Counted from the stretch's first letter, positions 1 through 11,014 are shown. The stretch is 46,717 nt of DNA from Thainema sp. (GCA_052168235.1 JBQLZK010000038.1:1-46717), one strand, 5' to 3'. Numbers and translations: made by a program. Notes: a model not told the origin generated them from the sequence alone.

Positions 1-47
1 GACGTAATTGACCTCCTTTCGACTTGACTTTTAAGATAATCGCTCTC

Positions 48-77
48 GCCTCACTCCTCACTCCTCACTCCTCACCC
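48..77. repeat. Heptamer short tandem repeat (CCTCACT)n, STRR-like
   Basis: cctcact x3 followed by cctcacc; typical intergenic repeat of filamentous cyanobacteria. Confidence 0.8.
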
Positions 78-123
78 TTCCACCAGCTTCTGCAAAACCA
101 GATAACACCCAAGGACAAAACCC

Positions 124-1239
124 ATGAATATCGGACTACCCAAAGAAATTAAAGATCAAGAATTCCGGGTTGGCTTGACTCCGGCTAGCGTTCAGGCGCT
201 TTGTCGGCAGGGTCATCAGGTCGTGGTTGAGCGTGGTGCGGGTGTCGGTTCTGGTTTTACCGATCAGGAATACACCCAAGCTGGGGCAACGCTCGTGACT
301 GATCCTGCGATCGCATGGAGTCAGGCAATGGTCGTCAAGGTAAAGGAACCGCAGCCATCGGAATATCAGTACTTCCGTAAAGATTTAATTCTATTTACTT
401 ATCTACACCTAGCGGCTGAGCCGGAGCTGACTAAAGCTTTAATTGACAGCGGTGTAAGTGCGATCGCATATGAAACGGTGATGACCGCTGATGGCAAGCT
501 GCCGCTGCTGACGCCGATGAGTATTATTGCTGGCCGCTTGTCCGTTCAGTTTGGTGCGCGTTACTTAGAACGCCAGCAGGGTGGTCGCGGTGTGCTGCTA
601 GGCGGCGTTCCCGGTGTGGCTCCCGGTCGCGTGGTCATCCTGGGTGGCGGCGTGGTCGGCGCGGAAGCGGCTAGAATTGCCGTTGGCATGGGCGCTCAGG
701 TACAAATTATTGATTTGAATGTCGAGCGCCTATCTTATCTAGAAACGATATTTGGTTCTCGGATTGAACTGCTCTACAGCACGCAGGCTCAAATTGAGGC
801 ATCGGTGCCAAATGCGGATCTGCTGATTGGTGCGGTGCTCGTACCGGGACGCAAAGCTCCGACGCTGGTGAGTAAGGAACTGGTCGCGAAAATGAAGCCC
901 GGTTCTGTGATCATTGACGTAGCGGTGGATCAGGGTGGCTGTATCGAAACCCTGCGGCCCACGTCTCACAGCCAGCCGACCTATATTGAATCCGGTGTGG
1001 TTCACTTTGGCGTTCCCAACATGCCCGGAGCGGCACCCTGGACAGCAACGCAAGCGTTAAACAACGCCACGCTGCCCTACACGCTGAAGCTTGCCAATAG
1101 CGGTTTAGATGCGCTAGTCACTGACAGCGCACTACGCCAGGGACTCAATATTTCCAAAGGAGAAATTGTCCATCCAGCAATCCAAGCTGCTTTTCCCGAC
1201 TTAGCAGACCGCAAAGTAACGCAAAGTGCTCTGAATTAA
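124..1239 (+). CDS. ald: Alanine dehydrogenase
   Basis: N-terminal IGLPKEIKDQEFRVGLTP, KVKEP, FTYLHLA, GGGVVG Rossmann motif, DVAVDQGGCIET, VPNMPGA. Confidence 0.97.
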   Translation: MNIGLPKEIKDQEFRVGLTPASVQALCRQGHQVVVERGAGVGSGFTDQEYTQAGATLVTDPAIAWSQAMVVKVKEPQPSEYQYFRKDLILFTYLHLAAEPELTKALIDSGVSAIAYETVMTADGKLPLLTPMSIIAGRLSVQFGARYLERQQGGRGVLLGGVPGVAPGRVVILGGGVVGAEAARIAVGMGAQVQIIDLNVERLSYLETIFGSRIELLYSTQAQIEASVPNADLLIGAVLVPGRKAPTLVSKELVAKMKPGSVIIDVAVDQGGCIETLRPTSHSQPTYIESGVVHFGVPNMPGAAPWTATQALNNATLPYTLKLANSGLDALVTDSALRQGLNISKGEIVHPAIQAAFPDLADRKVTQSALN

Positions 1240-1343
1240 AGCTTTACACTAGCTAGCAACATCTCGTTTAACCCTTATATGACTATGCATGCGGCGGCAG
1301 GTCAGCCTTCTGCCGCATAGTTTTTCCAATAACAGCGGTTCAA

Positions 1344-1745
1344 CTAATCCCCACTGCTCGGTTCCCGCTGCACAACCGTCCCACTGTCGAACAATTCACC
1401 ATTGCGGGTTAGGGAGCATTGCGATGTTGTGTTGTTTGGCACAAACAGCGCCCATTGGTTTTCACCCCGCTCATTGCTGTAAGTATAGCCCTCTGGATTT
1501 GGTTCCCGGATAGCAGATGTGTCTAGGAACACTACATTGTCTGAGCGGTCATAGAGCCTAAGTTTGAGCGTACTATCTGGAGCCTCTGGATCACCACTGC
1601 GATAGACATTCATCGCCAGTTGGTCACCATCACAGTAGGCAATGGTGAAATCTGCATTGGCGCGATGAACAATCAGTACGCTGCCTGCCACTATTCCAGT
1701 TGCAGCAACTCCCAGACCAATAAAGCGTTTAGATAAATTGAACAT
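1344..1745 (-). CDS. Secreted hypothetical protein
   Basis: 133 aa; signal-peptide-like N-terminus ending ANA-D; two Cys. Confidence 0.75.
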   Translation of the reverse strand: MFNLSKRFIGLGVAATGIVAGSVLIVHRANADFTIAYCDGDQLAMNVYRSGDPEAPDSTLKLRLYDRSDNVVFLDTSAIREPNPEGYTYSNERGENQWALFVPNNTTSQCSLTRNGELFDSGTVVQREPSSGD

Positions 1746-2102
1746 AAAACTAACTGAATTCTGATGTGAAACAGGTATCTAAACCTCAGAATTGTTTAAG
1801 CCTGATGTTTGGATGAATCTACACATTACCTATTTTTCCGCCTAAAAATATTAAAAAAAGTAAATATGTTCGGATGAATCTATTTTTGTTGATGATGACG
1901 CAAATGGCTTGTCTGGAGAGGGTTTCAGCGTCCTTGTTAACTCCTCAGTTATCTTCTCGCTTAATAACCTAAACGTCGGTGGTTTAGTCCTAAACAAGTT
2001 GGCACACTGAGCATGTTCGAACAGATGGGTCGGTGATCAAGGTGTATTGTGCACCGACTCATTTTCCTAGCCCCCACTATGTTCGTTTAGGAGCTTAAAA
2101 TC

Positions 2103-2327
2103 ATGACTTTAACGTATCGCGGTTGTCGTTATCAGCCTCAAGTAGCCCCCCTGCCGATGGTTAAAAGCGAAACCGAAGTTGCGATCGCCTATCGCGGCAT
2201 CCCCTCTACTGTGAAGCAGTACGAGTTCCAAACGTCCAAGCTAACCAATCCAAACTGGCGCACTATGCGCTTTTTGGGCAAAGTATATCTGGCAGCACCA
2301 ACACAGATTATGGCGATCGCGCAGTAG
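2103..2327 (+). CDS. DUF4278-like small cyanobacterial protein
   Basis: Repeated LTYRG..Y / IAYRG / MRFLG..Y motifs; SD AGGAG upstream. Confidence 0.8.
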   Translation: MTLTYRGCRYQPQVAPLPMVKSETEVAIAYRGIPSTVKQYEFQTSKLTNPNWRTMRFLGKVYLAAPTQIMAIAQ

Positions 2328-2437
2328 CTGTTTTGGCATAAAAGATAGATAAGGTAAATCAGGTAAATCAGGTAGATAAAGAAGGTGCGATCGCGGCTTC
2401 TTTACCTGTTTACACAAAAACACCAAATCCAGAGTAG

Positions 2438-2471
2438 GCATGATGCCGCCGCAATTGCGGCGGCATCATGC
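2438..2471. terminator. GC-rich perfect inverted repeat between convergent genes
   Basis: GCATGATGCCGCCGCAATTGCGGCGGCATCATGC. Confidence 0.6.
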
Positions 2472-2516
2472 TCTGCCTGAGCTTTACCTAGAGGATAGCC
2501 GTTTTACAACTAGCGC

Positions 2517-3791
2517 TTAAGCAACTAATTGCATACCAGCATCAGCCATTGAGGGCGTCAGATCTCCAGCCTGGCCGACTGAAGGCTGACCAAGAATCGG
2601 ATCGGTGAGTTGGTCTCCTGTACCATTGCCATTGAAGCCACCTGTAGAGCCCAGATCCACATCAGGCACTGGAGTAGTAGGCGTAGTGGGTACAATATCC
2701 GGATCTAGATCAACTGAAGGCTGAGTAGGATCTTGACCGCCGATGATATCGCCACCAATATCGCCACCAACGTCAGGGTTAGTGATGATGTCGATATCTC
2801 CACCAACCACAGGCTGATTCGGATCTTGACCGCCGATGATGTCGCCACCAATGTCACCACCGTTATCACCACCGATGACACCGCCATCACCGTCGCCGCC
2901 CATATCAGGGTCAGTTACACCGGAAGCAAGCCCTTGATTCTCGTACCAAATCAAGGAATTATTACCAGCAACCAGCAGATCGGCATCGGTATCACCATCT
3001 ACATCGGCTGAAATGATGGAGGTTGCACCTGTAATCCCTGTCGAGAGCAAGTTTGCTTCAGAAAAGGTTCCAGTGCCGTCTTGATTTTCGTACCAGCTAA
3101 TCTCACCTGTGGTCGTGGATGCTGACAGCACATCTGCATCACCGTCGCCATCGATATCCGAAGTGAAAACGGTTTCAGGATTAACAGCCGTATTTGTAAT
3201 GACATTGGCAGTCCAGGTCGTACCATCGCCATTGGCATTTTCATACCAAGTAATGGTGTTGTTAGTTGGTGACGAAGAGAGGGCATCGGCATCACCATCA
3301 CCATCGATATCAGCAGCAAGAATAGAACTTGCACCAAAAGCGGTATCGGAAATCGTGGTTTGAGCGTCGGAGCTGAAGAAAACGTTTGCCATATCGTCGT
3401 TCAGAATGATTCCAGTTTGTTGTTCAGTTGCGATGATTGCTTCACTTGAAGAAGCGTTGGAAAGAGTGACGTTAAACAAATCCGCGTTTTGCAGTCCGGG
3501 TTGCTCAACTTCTGGGATTTCATCACCCGCCACCTCGACCGTAATTGTCTGGACTGCTTCTCCCGCAGCAAAGGTAACTGTTCCACTCGGAAATGTACCG
3601 CCAAAGTCGCTTTCATCTGCAGGCAGTTCCCCATCTACAACTGCCGTTAGCACCGGGCTATTGACCGTGTAGTCTACTGTTAACTCATTTGTCGTATCGC
3701 CAGTGCGTACAACCTGAAATGTAAACGGTGTAGTGCCGCTATCGCCTTCTAGTTGTACAGCGTTTTGGGCGAAAAGGTACACGTTAGACAT
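2517..3791 (-). CDS. Calx-beta plus FG-GAP-repeat Ca-binding protein with Gly/Asp-rich repetitive C-terminus
   Basis: EGDSGTT..F.V.R.G and G.I.NDD Calx-beta signature; three D[IV]DGDxDADxL FG-GAP repeats; GGDIGGDIIGGQDP repeated twice. Confidence 0.85.
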   Translation of the reverse strand: MSNVYLFAQNAVQLEGDSGTTPFTFQVVRTGDTTNELTVDYTVNSPVLTAVVDGELPADESDFGGTFPSGTVTFAAGEAVQTITVEVAGDEIPEVEQPGLQNADLFNVTLSNASSSEAIIATEQQTGIILNDDMANVFFSSDAQTTISDTAFGASSILAADIDGDGDADALSSSPTNNTITWYENANGDGTTWTANVITNTAVNPETVFTSDIDGDGDADVLSASTTTGEISWYENQDGTGTFSEANLLSTGITGATSIISADVDGDTDADLLVAGNNSLIWYENQGLASGVTDPDMGGDGDGGVIGGDNGGDIGGDIIGGQDPNQPVVGGDIDIITNPDVGGDIGGDIIGGQDPTQPSVDLDPDIVPTTPTTPVPDVDLGSTGGFNGNGTGDQLTDPILGQPSVGQAGDLTPSMADAGMQLVA

Positions 3792-4501
3792 TGCTTTTTT
3801 CCTTAATTAAGACAAATTTTGACAGCAATAATTTGACAGCCTGAAACAGGAGAAATAAGCGCTATTCCTCTGCGTTCAACCAATTCAAATTGGTTGAATC
3901 AAAATATTCCATGCTTGAAAAATACTGATTCTGGAAGCCAAATTAATTCAAGAAGATCACTTTCAGAATTTGGGACAGAGCGCAAGTGCCAAAGCAAAGA
4001 TTATGCAAAGGTTATTAGATTGATTTGAAACACCTGCAAAATTATCTGAAAGAGCGTTTTGGCTTTTAATTGTCATTCCGACATTGAAAACTGTTCATCA
4101 TGAGCACCCTAATGTCACTGGGGAAAAACTAACAGGTTGCTCCTGAGCCGTTCCTCTACCCAAAGGAGTAACGTAATCTTTATCGCGGCTGTCATGGTTC
4201 TACAGTGATGATGATTGAAATCGCCTGTAGAAACAGGGATTTAACAACACTAAGTATCATAGGCAATCTAACCAAAGTGACATATTGCAAATAAAAAATT
4301 AGGAGGAGTATTTCAGTCTTGAGACTGTAATTACTCCTCCTAATCTCTACACCCCAAAAGTGAAGAATTCGATTATAGCGCTCACGAAATTAGCTCTTAC
4401 ATATCAAAAGTAAAAAAGTCGATAATAGAGTTCTCAACTAATTTGCAAGACAAGCAATGAGAAACAAAGTATACACATCTACTTCATCTATCACTAAATT
4501 T

Positions 4502-4750
4502 TTAATGCTTTTCCTCCCAATCAATTACCAATTTGCCTTGCTGTATCTGATTCGTGATCAACTCGCGCACCAGACCCAGCTCTTCTACAGAGATTTGGTG
4601 ATCAGCACGGATCAGTTTCTGGATCGTTTCCGACTCAGCAGAGGTCAGCTTGCCATCAGCAGTTGCGCGTTCAATTACGGCCTTTAACTTATCAAGCTGT
4701 TCCTGTTCCTGTACCGTCAAAGCTGGAGCATTCGGATGTTCAATTTGCAT
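4502..4750 (-). CDS. Small hypothetical protein (TerB-like ADG.L/IS.EE motifs)
   Basis: 82 aa helical; ADGKLTSAE and ADHQISVEE duplicated motif. Confidence 0.7.
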   Translation of the reverse strand: MQIEHPNAPALTVQEQEQLDKLKAVIERATADGKLTSAESETIQKLIRADHQISVEELGLVRELITNQIQQGKLVIDWEEKH

Positions 4751-5047
4751 AAGACAACCTACCTTCAGTTATGGCTATCACACTGGTGATGATTACAATT
4801 TGTCAATTTGGCTTAATTGGTTCCGAAATGTTGGTCGTGATGGGTGAAGTGTATTGATGTATGACTGGTGTAATTGAGCACTCATTCAGTTGGGAACTCA
4901 TTGCGATCGCAGATTTTTATTTTTGACAAATCTCCAAGAGGCGTTCTCTACGTGGTATTGTCATCAACATAAGCACTGCATCATAAGCACTGCATCAATC
5001 AGTCATTGATCACGAATTAATCACCAAGTCAAGTATCAGGAGGACAT

Positions 5048-5095
5048 ATGGCTGAGTCGGTTTATATAGCTCAAATTTTCACGAGCAGGTCATAA
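5048..5095 (+). CDS. Putative 15-aa leader peptide MAESVYIAQIFTSRS upstream of rsgA
   Basis: Perfect SD AGGAGG followed after 4 nt by ATG; ORF too short for the supplied track. Confidence 0.35.
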   Translation: MAESVYIAQIFTSRS

Positions 5096-5496
5096 GCACA
5101 TTGACGGTATTAAAAGCTGTGGCAGCACCTCCTCTACTGAATGGACTGTGAAGCAGAATTCAATTCAGGGACGAAGCTGCAACGCGGTACGCTACAGGCT
5201 TTAGTACAGGGCACGTTTTAGTTGATCGACAGACAATCAAAGTCATCTACCACATTGTAGGAAAATTGGTATTTGGCTCTGTTTCTAGTGTCCTACTATC
5301 GTCTGTTAATGCAGCATTTTTAAGAGACTTCTTAACGATGTGTGTGTTCTCTCACATCTTGTACTCAAACTCAGAAGGGTTAAGTTTGCCGCTTCAGGTT
5401 TTGAAGTTACAAGATGAAAGGTATGTGTTCTATGACCTGCTGCACTTCAACATTTAGGTCAATTTTTAGAACATATTGCACAGGACACATCAAGTC

Positions 5497-6576
5497 ATGA
5501 ATTTATACCAGTTAGGCTGGAGCAAAACATTTGCTGCTGCTTTTGAATCCTTTAATGGTAAGGGATTTACCGTTGGGCGCGTTGCGTCCGAACACCGCGA
5601 TCGCTATCAGCTTTATACCGAACAGGGCGAGCTACCAGCGGAAATTACGGGCAAACTCCGCTATCAAGCCGAGGAATATCTGATCAGTGATGAACCTATG
5701 CGGCCTGCAGTCGGTGATTGGGTGGTGATTGAACTGCTCGATCAGGCGACTCACGCCATGATTCATCACGTTTTGCCGCGCCGCAGCCAGTTTTCTCGCA
5801 AAGCTGCCGGGCAGCGCACTGAAGAACAGGTGATTGCCGCTAATGTCGATACCATATTTCTAGTATCGGGATTAGACCATGACTTTAACCTGCGGCGAAT
5901 TGAGCGCTATCTGGTACTAACCTGGGAAAGCGGCGCAAATCCGGTGATTGTGCTGAATAAAGCCGATCTCTGTGTAGATCTACCCGCTCAGTTGCAGGCT
6001 GTATCTGCGATCGCACCTGGCGTCGAAATCATTACCCTGAGCGCCTTGACTTCCGAGGGACTTGAGGCGTTACAGCCCTACCTGCGACCCGGTCAAACCG
6101 TTGCCCTGCTTGGCTCATCGGGCGTTGGCAAGTCAACTCTGACTAATCAGCTCATGGGGCAAGTAACGCAAGAAACGCAAGCGGTGCGGTCAAGCGATAG
6201 TCGCGGGCGTCATACAACGACTCATCGGCAATTACTCTGCCTGCCGTCAGGCGGTTTGCTGATTGACACACCGGGAATGCGAGAGCTACAGATCTGGAGC
6301 GACGAGTCCAGCGTGCAGCAAACCTTCGAGGATATCGAGGAACTGGCAACGCAGTGTCGTTTTCGGAACTGTCAGCATCAGGATGAACCCGGTTGTGCTA
6401 TACAGGCAGCAATTTCAGAGGGCTGGCTAGACTGCGATCGCGTTGCGAGCTACCAAAAGCTAAGCCGTGAGCAAGCGTACCTCGAACGCAAGCAAGATCA
6501 ACGACTACGGGCCAACACCAAAGCCCGCTGGAAAAAGATCACCAAGCAAATGCGACAGCATTACAAGCAACGGTAA
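5497..6576 (+). CDS. rsgA: Ribosome small subunit-dependent GTPase RsgA (probably a secondary paralog)
   Basis: OB-fold [35 protein letters not shown], [14 protein letters not shown] Zn finger; ATG at 5497 preferred over TTG at 5476. Confidence 0.95.
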   Translation: MNLYQLGWSKTFAAAFESFNGKGFTVGRVASEHRDRYQLYTEQGELPAEITGKLRYQAEEYLISDEPMRPAVGDWVVIELLDQATHAMIHHVLPRRSQFSRKAAGQRTEEQVIAANVDTIFLVSGLDHDFNLRRIERYLVLTWESGANPVIVLNKADLCVDLPAQLQAVSAIAPGVEIITLSALTSEGLEALQPYLRPGQTVALLGSSGVGKSTLTNQLMGQVTQETQAVRSSDSRGRHTTTHRQLLCLPSGGLLIDTPGMRELQIWSDESSVQQTFEDIEELATQCRFRNCQHQDEPGCAIQAAISEGWLDCDRVASYQKLSREQAYLERKQDQRLRANTKARWKKITKQMRQHYKQR

Positions 6577-6587
6577 CTATCTAGAAA

Positions 6588-6626
6588 AAGTCATTAAGCT
6601 GCCGCATCGCGGCGGCTTAATGACTT
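6588..6626 (+). terminator. Inverted repeat after rsgA
   Basis: AAGTCATTAAGCTGCCGC-ATC-GCGGCGGCTTAATGACTT. Confidence 0.55.
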
Positions 6627-6823
6627 CCTTGAGTTTCGATACAAGATAAAACAAGGTAGAACCAGCGCAAAATCCCTGAACCATATCTAGTCCTCAGCCC
6701 TCATACTCATAACCCAACACCCAACACCCAACACCTAAAGCCTAAAACCCAATCCTCATTCCACCAATTCCTGCTAATTGCTCCCAAAATCGGCTAGATT
6801 TAATCTCATCACCGTTTCTTAAG

Positions 6824-7498
6824 GTGACAAAGGAGTGTTGTTATTCGTTGAATCATGATGTCAGTGCTTCTCTAACCCAGCTTTACCAGGACGTAAATGC
6901 TCAGATTGCTTCATTTCAGGCGGCAACTGGGCTGCAGTGTCCCCCCGGTTGTGGCCAATGTTGTGAAAATCCAGAGGTTGAATCCTCTCCCTTGGAGATG
7001 GTGCCGATGGCGCTAGAACTCATTCGGCGAGGTGACGCGGCGGCTTGGCTCGAACAGGCTGATATCGCAGGAGTTCCTAGCCGATGCGTGTTCTATCAGC
7101 CGGATGAACATGTGGCCGGTAACGGTCGCTGCCAGATGTATATGTGGCGACCCTCTATCTGTCGGTTGTTTGGCTTTGCAGCCGTCACCGACAAACTAGG
7201 TACGCCGAAATTAGCGGCCTGTTTCAAGCACAAGCAGGTGTATCCCGATCAGGTAGCAATGGCCCAGGTTGCGATCGCAAATGGTCTGCCAGTACCTCAG
7301 TTTGCCGACTGGCAAACGCAGATTGCCAATGTAGATCCGCACTGGGGCTATCAGCGGATGCCGATTAACCAAGCGCTGAAGATCGCGATTGAGCGGGTCA
7401 GCTTGAGCTTGGCCTACGAAACCCAAAGTCCGGCAAATGCCATGCCGTCAACTGAGTCAGAATCGGCTCCAGAATCGGCTTATGAAACCCTAGAATGA
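6824..7498 (+). CDS. YkgJ/UPF0153-family cysteine-cluster protein
   Basis: CxxGCxxCC ... CxF ... CxxYxxRPxICRxF; exact start uncertain. Confidence 0.85.
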   Translation: MTKECCYSLNHDVSASLTQLYQDVNAQIASFQAATGLQCPPGCGQCCENPEVESSPLEMVPMALELIRRGDAAAWLEQADIAGVPSRCVFYQPDEHVAGNGRCQMYMWRPSICRLFGFAAVTDKLGTPKLAACFKHKQVYPDQVAMAQVAIANGLPVPQFADWQTQIANVDPHWGYQRMPINQALKIAIERVSLSLAYETQSPANAMPSTESESAPESAYETLE

Positions 7499-7702
7499 GT
7501 GGTGTGAAAACTTACATAGGGGCTGGCCACTTGCCCCTACTAGGCTGATTGGACTGAGGGTAAACTGATTCCGTTATTTCGCTTCACTTCAAACGTACAG
7601 CGAAGTTCTTTGCGGTTGCCCTATTCACCTGCAAAGCGTTTGATTCGGCACAGGCTGTTATATCCAAGCCTGGTTGAAAACCCATAATTTAATGCCAATA
7701 GT

Positions 7703-8386
7703 ATGGAGAGCAACTTAATGCCGGATACTCAGCCGCCAGTTTTAGAAGATTTAAATGCGATCGCAACTCTCATCCACCAAAAACGCTCAGAAATACTCCC
7801 TTCTCAAAGCGTACTTGTGGCGATCAGCGGCATTGACGGTTCCGGCAAAGGCTACGTTACCGCACAATTAGTAGAAACTTTACAGGGTCAAGGAATCAAT
7901 GCTGTATCTATCAATCTGGATGCATGGCACACTCCTCTAAACATTCGCCACAATCCTGATGATCCAGCCGAGCACTTCTACCGTAACGCCTTCCAGTTGA
8001 ACGAGCTATTTGACTCTTTAGTCGAACCCCTGCGACAGCAGCGCTCCATTCAGCTCACCCAAACCCTGCATGGCGTTTCTGGTATTCCCTCTGAACAGAC
8101 CTATGAATTCCACAATGTCGATGTCGTGATTTTAGAAGGCATTTTCTTGCTAAAGCGGGAACTGCGTCACCACTACGACCTTGCCTTCTGGATCGACTGC
8201 ACCTTTGAAACCGCTCTAGAGCGAGCTTTACAGCGTAATCAAGAAGGTCTACCCCCAGATGGCATTATCCACGATTACCACACCATCTATTTTCCTGCTG
8301 AACAAATTCACCTTGCTCTAGACGCTCCCAATTTGACTGTCAACGGCATCTACACCAATGATCATCGACTAGCGACGAGAGGATAG
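7703..8386 (+). CDS. Uridine kinase-like P-loop kinase
   Basis: VAISGIDGSGKG Walker A; ILEGIFL; ALERALQRN. Confidence 0.8.
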   Translation: MESNLMPDTQPPVLEDLNAIATLIHQKRSEILPSQSVLVAISGIDGSGKGYVTAQLVETLQGQGINAVSINLDAWHTPLNIRHNPDDPAEHFYRNAFQLNELFDSLVEPLRQQRSIQLTQTLHGVSGIPSEQTYEFHNVDVVILEGIFLLKRELRHHYDLAFWIDCTFETALERALQRNQEGLPPDGIIHDYHTIYFPAEQIHLALDAPNLTVNGIYTNDHRLATRG

Positions 8387-8425
8387 AGTCCACACTATTC
8401 CTCACAATTCACCCACATGAGTCCT

Positions 8426-9199
8426 CTAATCGGTGCGCTCTAGAAACTGTTTGCCACAATCTTTGCATAAATAGCGTTGTCGATTGTAGCGATGCCCATT
8501 CTTCGACAAGCGGTCAGATTGGCAGTAATGACATTTCATTACTTTTGTTGCTTTTTCATCCATTGATGTTGGCTCTACATGGGGAGTCAAATAGGCAATT
8601 AGCAAAGCCTTAAGTTCTTCGCAGCGCAATCGCCGTTTATCCTCCTCTCCCCTCAAAGCTTGCAGCAGTAGGGCGTTGTAGCACTGATGAACCGTTTCGG
8701 CGAGGCGTTCACTCTTCTCAATCGGCAAGGCCGGATTCCACTGCCGTAAGAAGGTTGCATATTGCTCAATCAACTGATGATTGAAGGTCTCGTCAAACAG
8801 CATAAATAGCTGAGGTGCCACAAAATATTGAATATAGACGACCTGCGGAATCGGGTCTTGAAAATAGGCAACATGAGCTTCCACCATGCGATCGACAAAC
8901 TCAGCAAACGGTCGCTTTAGATCCGCAGACTGCAATAGTTCTCTATTTAGGGCCGTCACGTTTTCCATGTGACGGGCTTCTAAGGCATAGAAGATGGCGA
9001 GTTTATCAGGAAAAAATTGGTACAGTGAGCCGATCGCCGTTTTTGCCCTAGCCGCAATCATGTGAGTGGTTGCGGCTTCGTAGCCAACTTCCACAAACAC
9101 CTCGGCTGCGGAGCGCAGGATTTGCTCAACCCGCTGCTGGCTGCGTTTCTGCTTAGGTTGTCGTCTCAGAGGCATAGAGTGTGGTTGTGATTTGACCAT
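8426..9199 (-). CDS. TetR/AcrR regulator with C-terminal IS1 InsA-like Zn ribbon
   Basis: N-terminal HTH (IAARAKTAIGSLYQFF); C-terminal CxxC...KNG....QRYLCKDCGKQF. Confidence 0.9.
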   Translation of the reverse strand: MVKSQPHSMPLRRQPKQKRSQQRVEQILRSAAEVFVEVGYEAATTHMIAARAKTAIGSLYQFFPDKLAIFYALEARHMENVTALNRELLQSADLKRPFAEFVDRMVEAHVAYFQDPIPQVVYIQYFVAPQLFMLFDETFNHQLIEQYATFLRQWNPALPIEKSERLAETVHQCYNALLLQALRGEEDKRRLRCEELKALLIAYLTPHVEPTSMDEKATKVMKCHYCQSDRLSKNGHRYNRQRYLCKDCGKQFLERTD

Positions 9200-9281
9200 T
9201 GACTAAAAAACTTTCTTGACAAAAATGAATGATCCGTCGTATTTTTAGGATCAAACATGAAAGATTTGTCACAATTTTACT

Positions 9282-10235
9282 ATGTCACCTATCCTTGCTG
9301 GCGCACCCTGGCTGGTTGCTCATCGATCAATGTTGGGCACTAACCAGCCCTACAAAATTTCCTTGAATGGACAGGATTATGTCCTCTGGCAAAATGCTCA
9401 GGGAGAGGTTTTTGCCCTCAATAATGTGTGTCCCCATATGCAGGCTCCGCTATCGGATGGTTGGGTCTGTCAGGAACGAAATACCATTACTTGTCCGTTT
9501 CATGCGCTAGAGTTTGACGGGCAGGGACGGCTGCATCAAGCCGGAAAAGTGGGAGCGCAGCCGCTCATCACCCCACTGGAATTAGTAATCCAGGGTGATT
9601 GCATCTGGACGTACGGTGGCATGAGCGCCAAAATTCCGGTTCCTGACTTAATTGAACGAGTGAGTCAGGACATGACCTTTGTCGGCGTTGCTGGAGAAAA
9701 AAGCATCCGGGGCACCTTTCTACACAATCTGCTAATTAACTACGATTACAACCATCAGAACGGGACGCACCGAGAGCTATTTGGCATTAAAGCCAACCGC
9801 ATTCCTGTCTTTGAGCAAGATGGCTACTGGGCCAAGGTTGTCCAGGAACTGGAGCGCACTGATCCAACCTTTGCAGACATTTGCCGCAACCCGGTCATTC
9901 TCCTGGCACCTAAGACCTACACGGGCACACTGGAATATGCGTTTCCAGCGCTGACTACCTTTAAAACTCGCTTTCCATTGGGCGAAATTTTGCAGGTGCA
10001 TGTGCTGTATCCTGAAACCTCAACCCACACCAAAACCTTTGTCCTGGTTTTTGCTAAGTTCAATCATCCCCTACTGAAACCGCTGTTAAAACGATCGATG
10101 TTGAGTGCAGTGGCAAGCGTTGTGGAACAGGATACGCGAGCAATCGAAACATCCTATCCGCGTCAGCCTGCGAAGATTCGCCTACCCAACGAGGAGATCA
10201 TGGTTCATGCGGAAAAACTTTACCGAGAATGGTGA
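9282..10235 (+). CDS. Rieske 2Fe-2S non-heme iron oxygenase subunit
   Basis: CPH...CPFH Rieske ligands; DYNHQNGTH mononuclear Fe motif; divergent from TetR gene. Confidence 0.9.
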   Translation: MSPILAGAPWLVAHRSMLGTNQPYKISLNGQDYVLWQNAQGEVFALNNVCPHMQAPLSDGWVCQERNTITCPFHALEFDGQGRLHQAGKVGAQPLITPLELVIQGDCIWTYGGMSAKIPVPDLIERVSQDMTFVGVAGEKSIRGTFLHNLLINYDYNHQNGTHRELFGIKANRIPVFEQDGYWAKVVQELERTDPTFADICRNPVILLAPKTYTGTLEYAFPALTTFKTRFPLGEILQVHVLYPETSTHTKTFVLVFAKFNHPLLKPLLKRSMLSAVASVVEQDTRAIETSYPRQPAKIRLPNEEIMVHAEKLYREW

Positions 10236-10313
10236 GGTTAGGCATTGGGTAGCCGATTAGCCTAAATTATGTACGAAAAGTGAATAAAGATAGAGAAAAG
10301 AGCTTAAAACGCT

Positions 10314-10419
10314 TATATCAAGTTTGGCTGAAAACCCATGATTTATTTTTTGTGAAACGTTTGCGGAGCAAACGTTTCACAAAAAATAAATCGGGTTCTT
10401 ACACACAGGCTTGATATTA
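10314..10419. repeat. Palindromic MITE-like element (family copy 1)
   Basis: ATTTATTTTTTGTGAAACGTTTGC-GGA-GCAAACGTTTCACAAAAAATAAAT with TATATCAAG/CTTGATATT ends; related copies at 26172-26277, 14091-14133 (half) and 20172-20255. Confidence 0.75.
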
Positions 10420-10492
10420 GAATTAGGCTCTTTCAGCAGTAAGTTGTTCTAATTTGGCAAGGACAGAGCGCGAAAATGGAGTTGATATCCGA

Positions 10493-11014
10493 TTATGGAA
10501 AGCCCTCAAAAGAGGCTTCAAAGCCATTGCCGTCTGGGGACGCGCACATGATACCCGCTTGAATTGTATCGCCGAGTAGATAGGTTAACCGAAACAGCCT
10601 GTACTCTGACGTGCCGTCTTGGTAAGAGATATGGATGGCTTCCTGGCGACGTTCGACGCGCAGGTGGAGGACATCGGGCGGGTTGGGTAGCGGCATGATC
10701 GACCAGTCAGAGTAGTCGTGGGTAACGACAGCGCTCAGATTTTGCATCCCATCGACAAACTCAATGCCGGTTTTGATCCAATGGTTTTCGTCAGTCCGGA
10801 GCATGATCCCGGCCTGATCATAGAGATCTGTGTAGTTCCCGCGAATGCCAAACTCCAGCACAAAATCAGTGCTAAAGGTATCGAAGTAAAAATGGCCTGA
10901 GTCGCGAATGAAGCCATAGTGGGTTGTACGCCAAAAGTCCGTTTTGGAAGCGGTTTTAACGATTAGCCGATCACCTGAATAAGACCATTCAGGCGGTTCA
11001 TTGAGCCATTGCAT
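10493..11014 (-). CDS. DUF1349 family protein
   Basis: MQWLNEPPEW...TDFWRxTHYGF.RDSGHF...YDQAG...WIKTGIE...SDWS...CASP; likely start ATG at 11014. Confidence 0.88.
   Translation of the reverse strand: MQWLNEPPEWSYSGDRLIVKTASKTDFWRTTHYGFIRDSGHFYFDTFSTDFVLEFGIRGNYTDLYDQAGIMLRTDENHWIKTGIEFVDGMQNLSAVVTHDYSDWSIMPLPNPPDVLHLRVERRQEAIHISYQDGTSEYRLFRLTYLLGDTIQAGIMCASPDGNGFEASFEGFP

Noticed and set aside
1960..2100. Glutamine riboswitch upstream of the DUF4278-like gene
   Set aside because: A hairpin is present, but I could not match the glnA or Downstream-peptide consensus.
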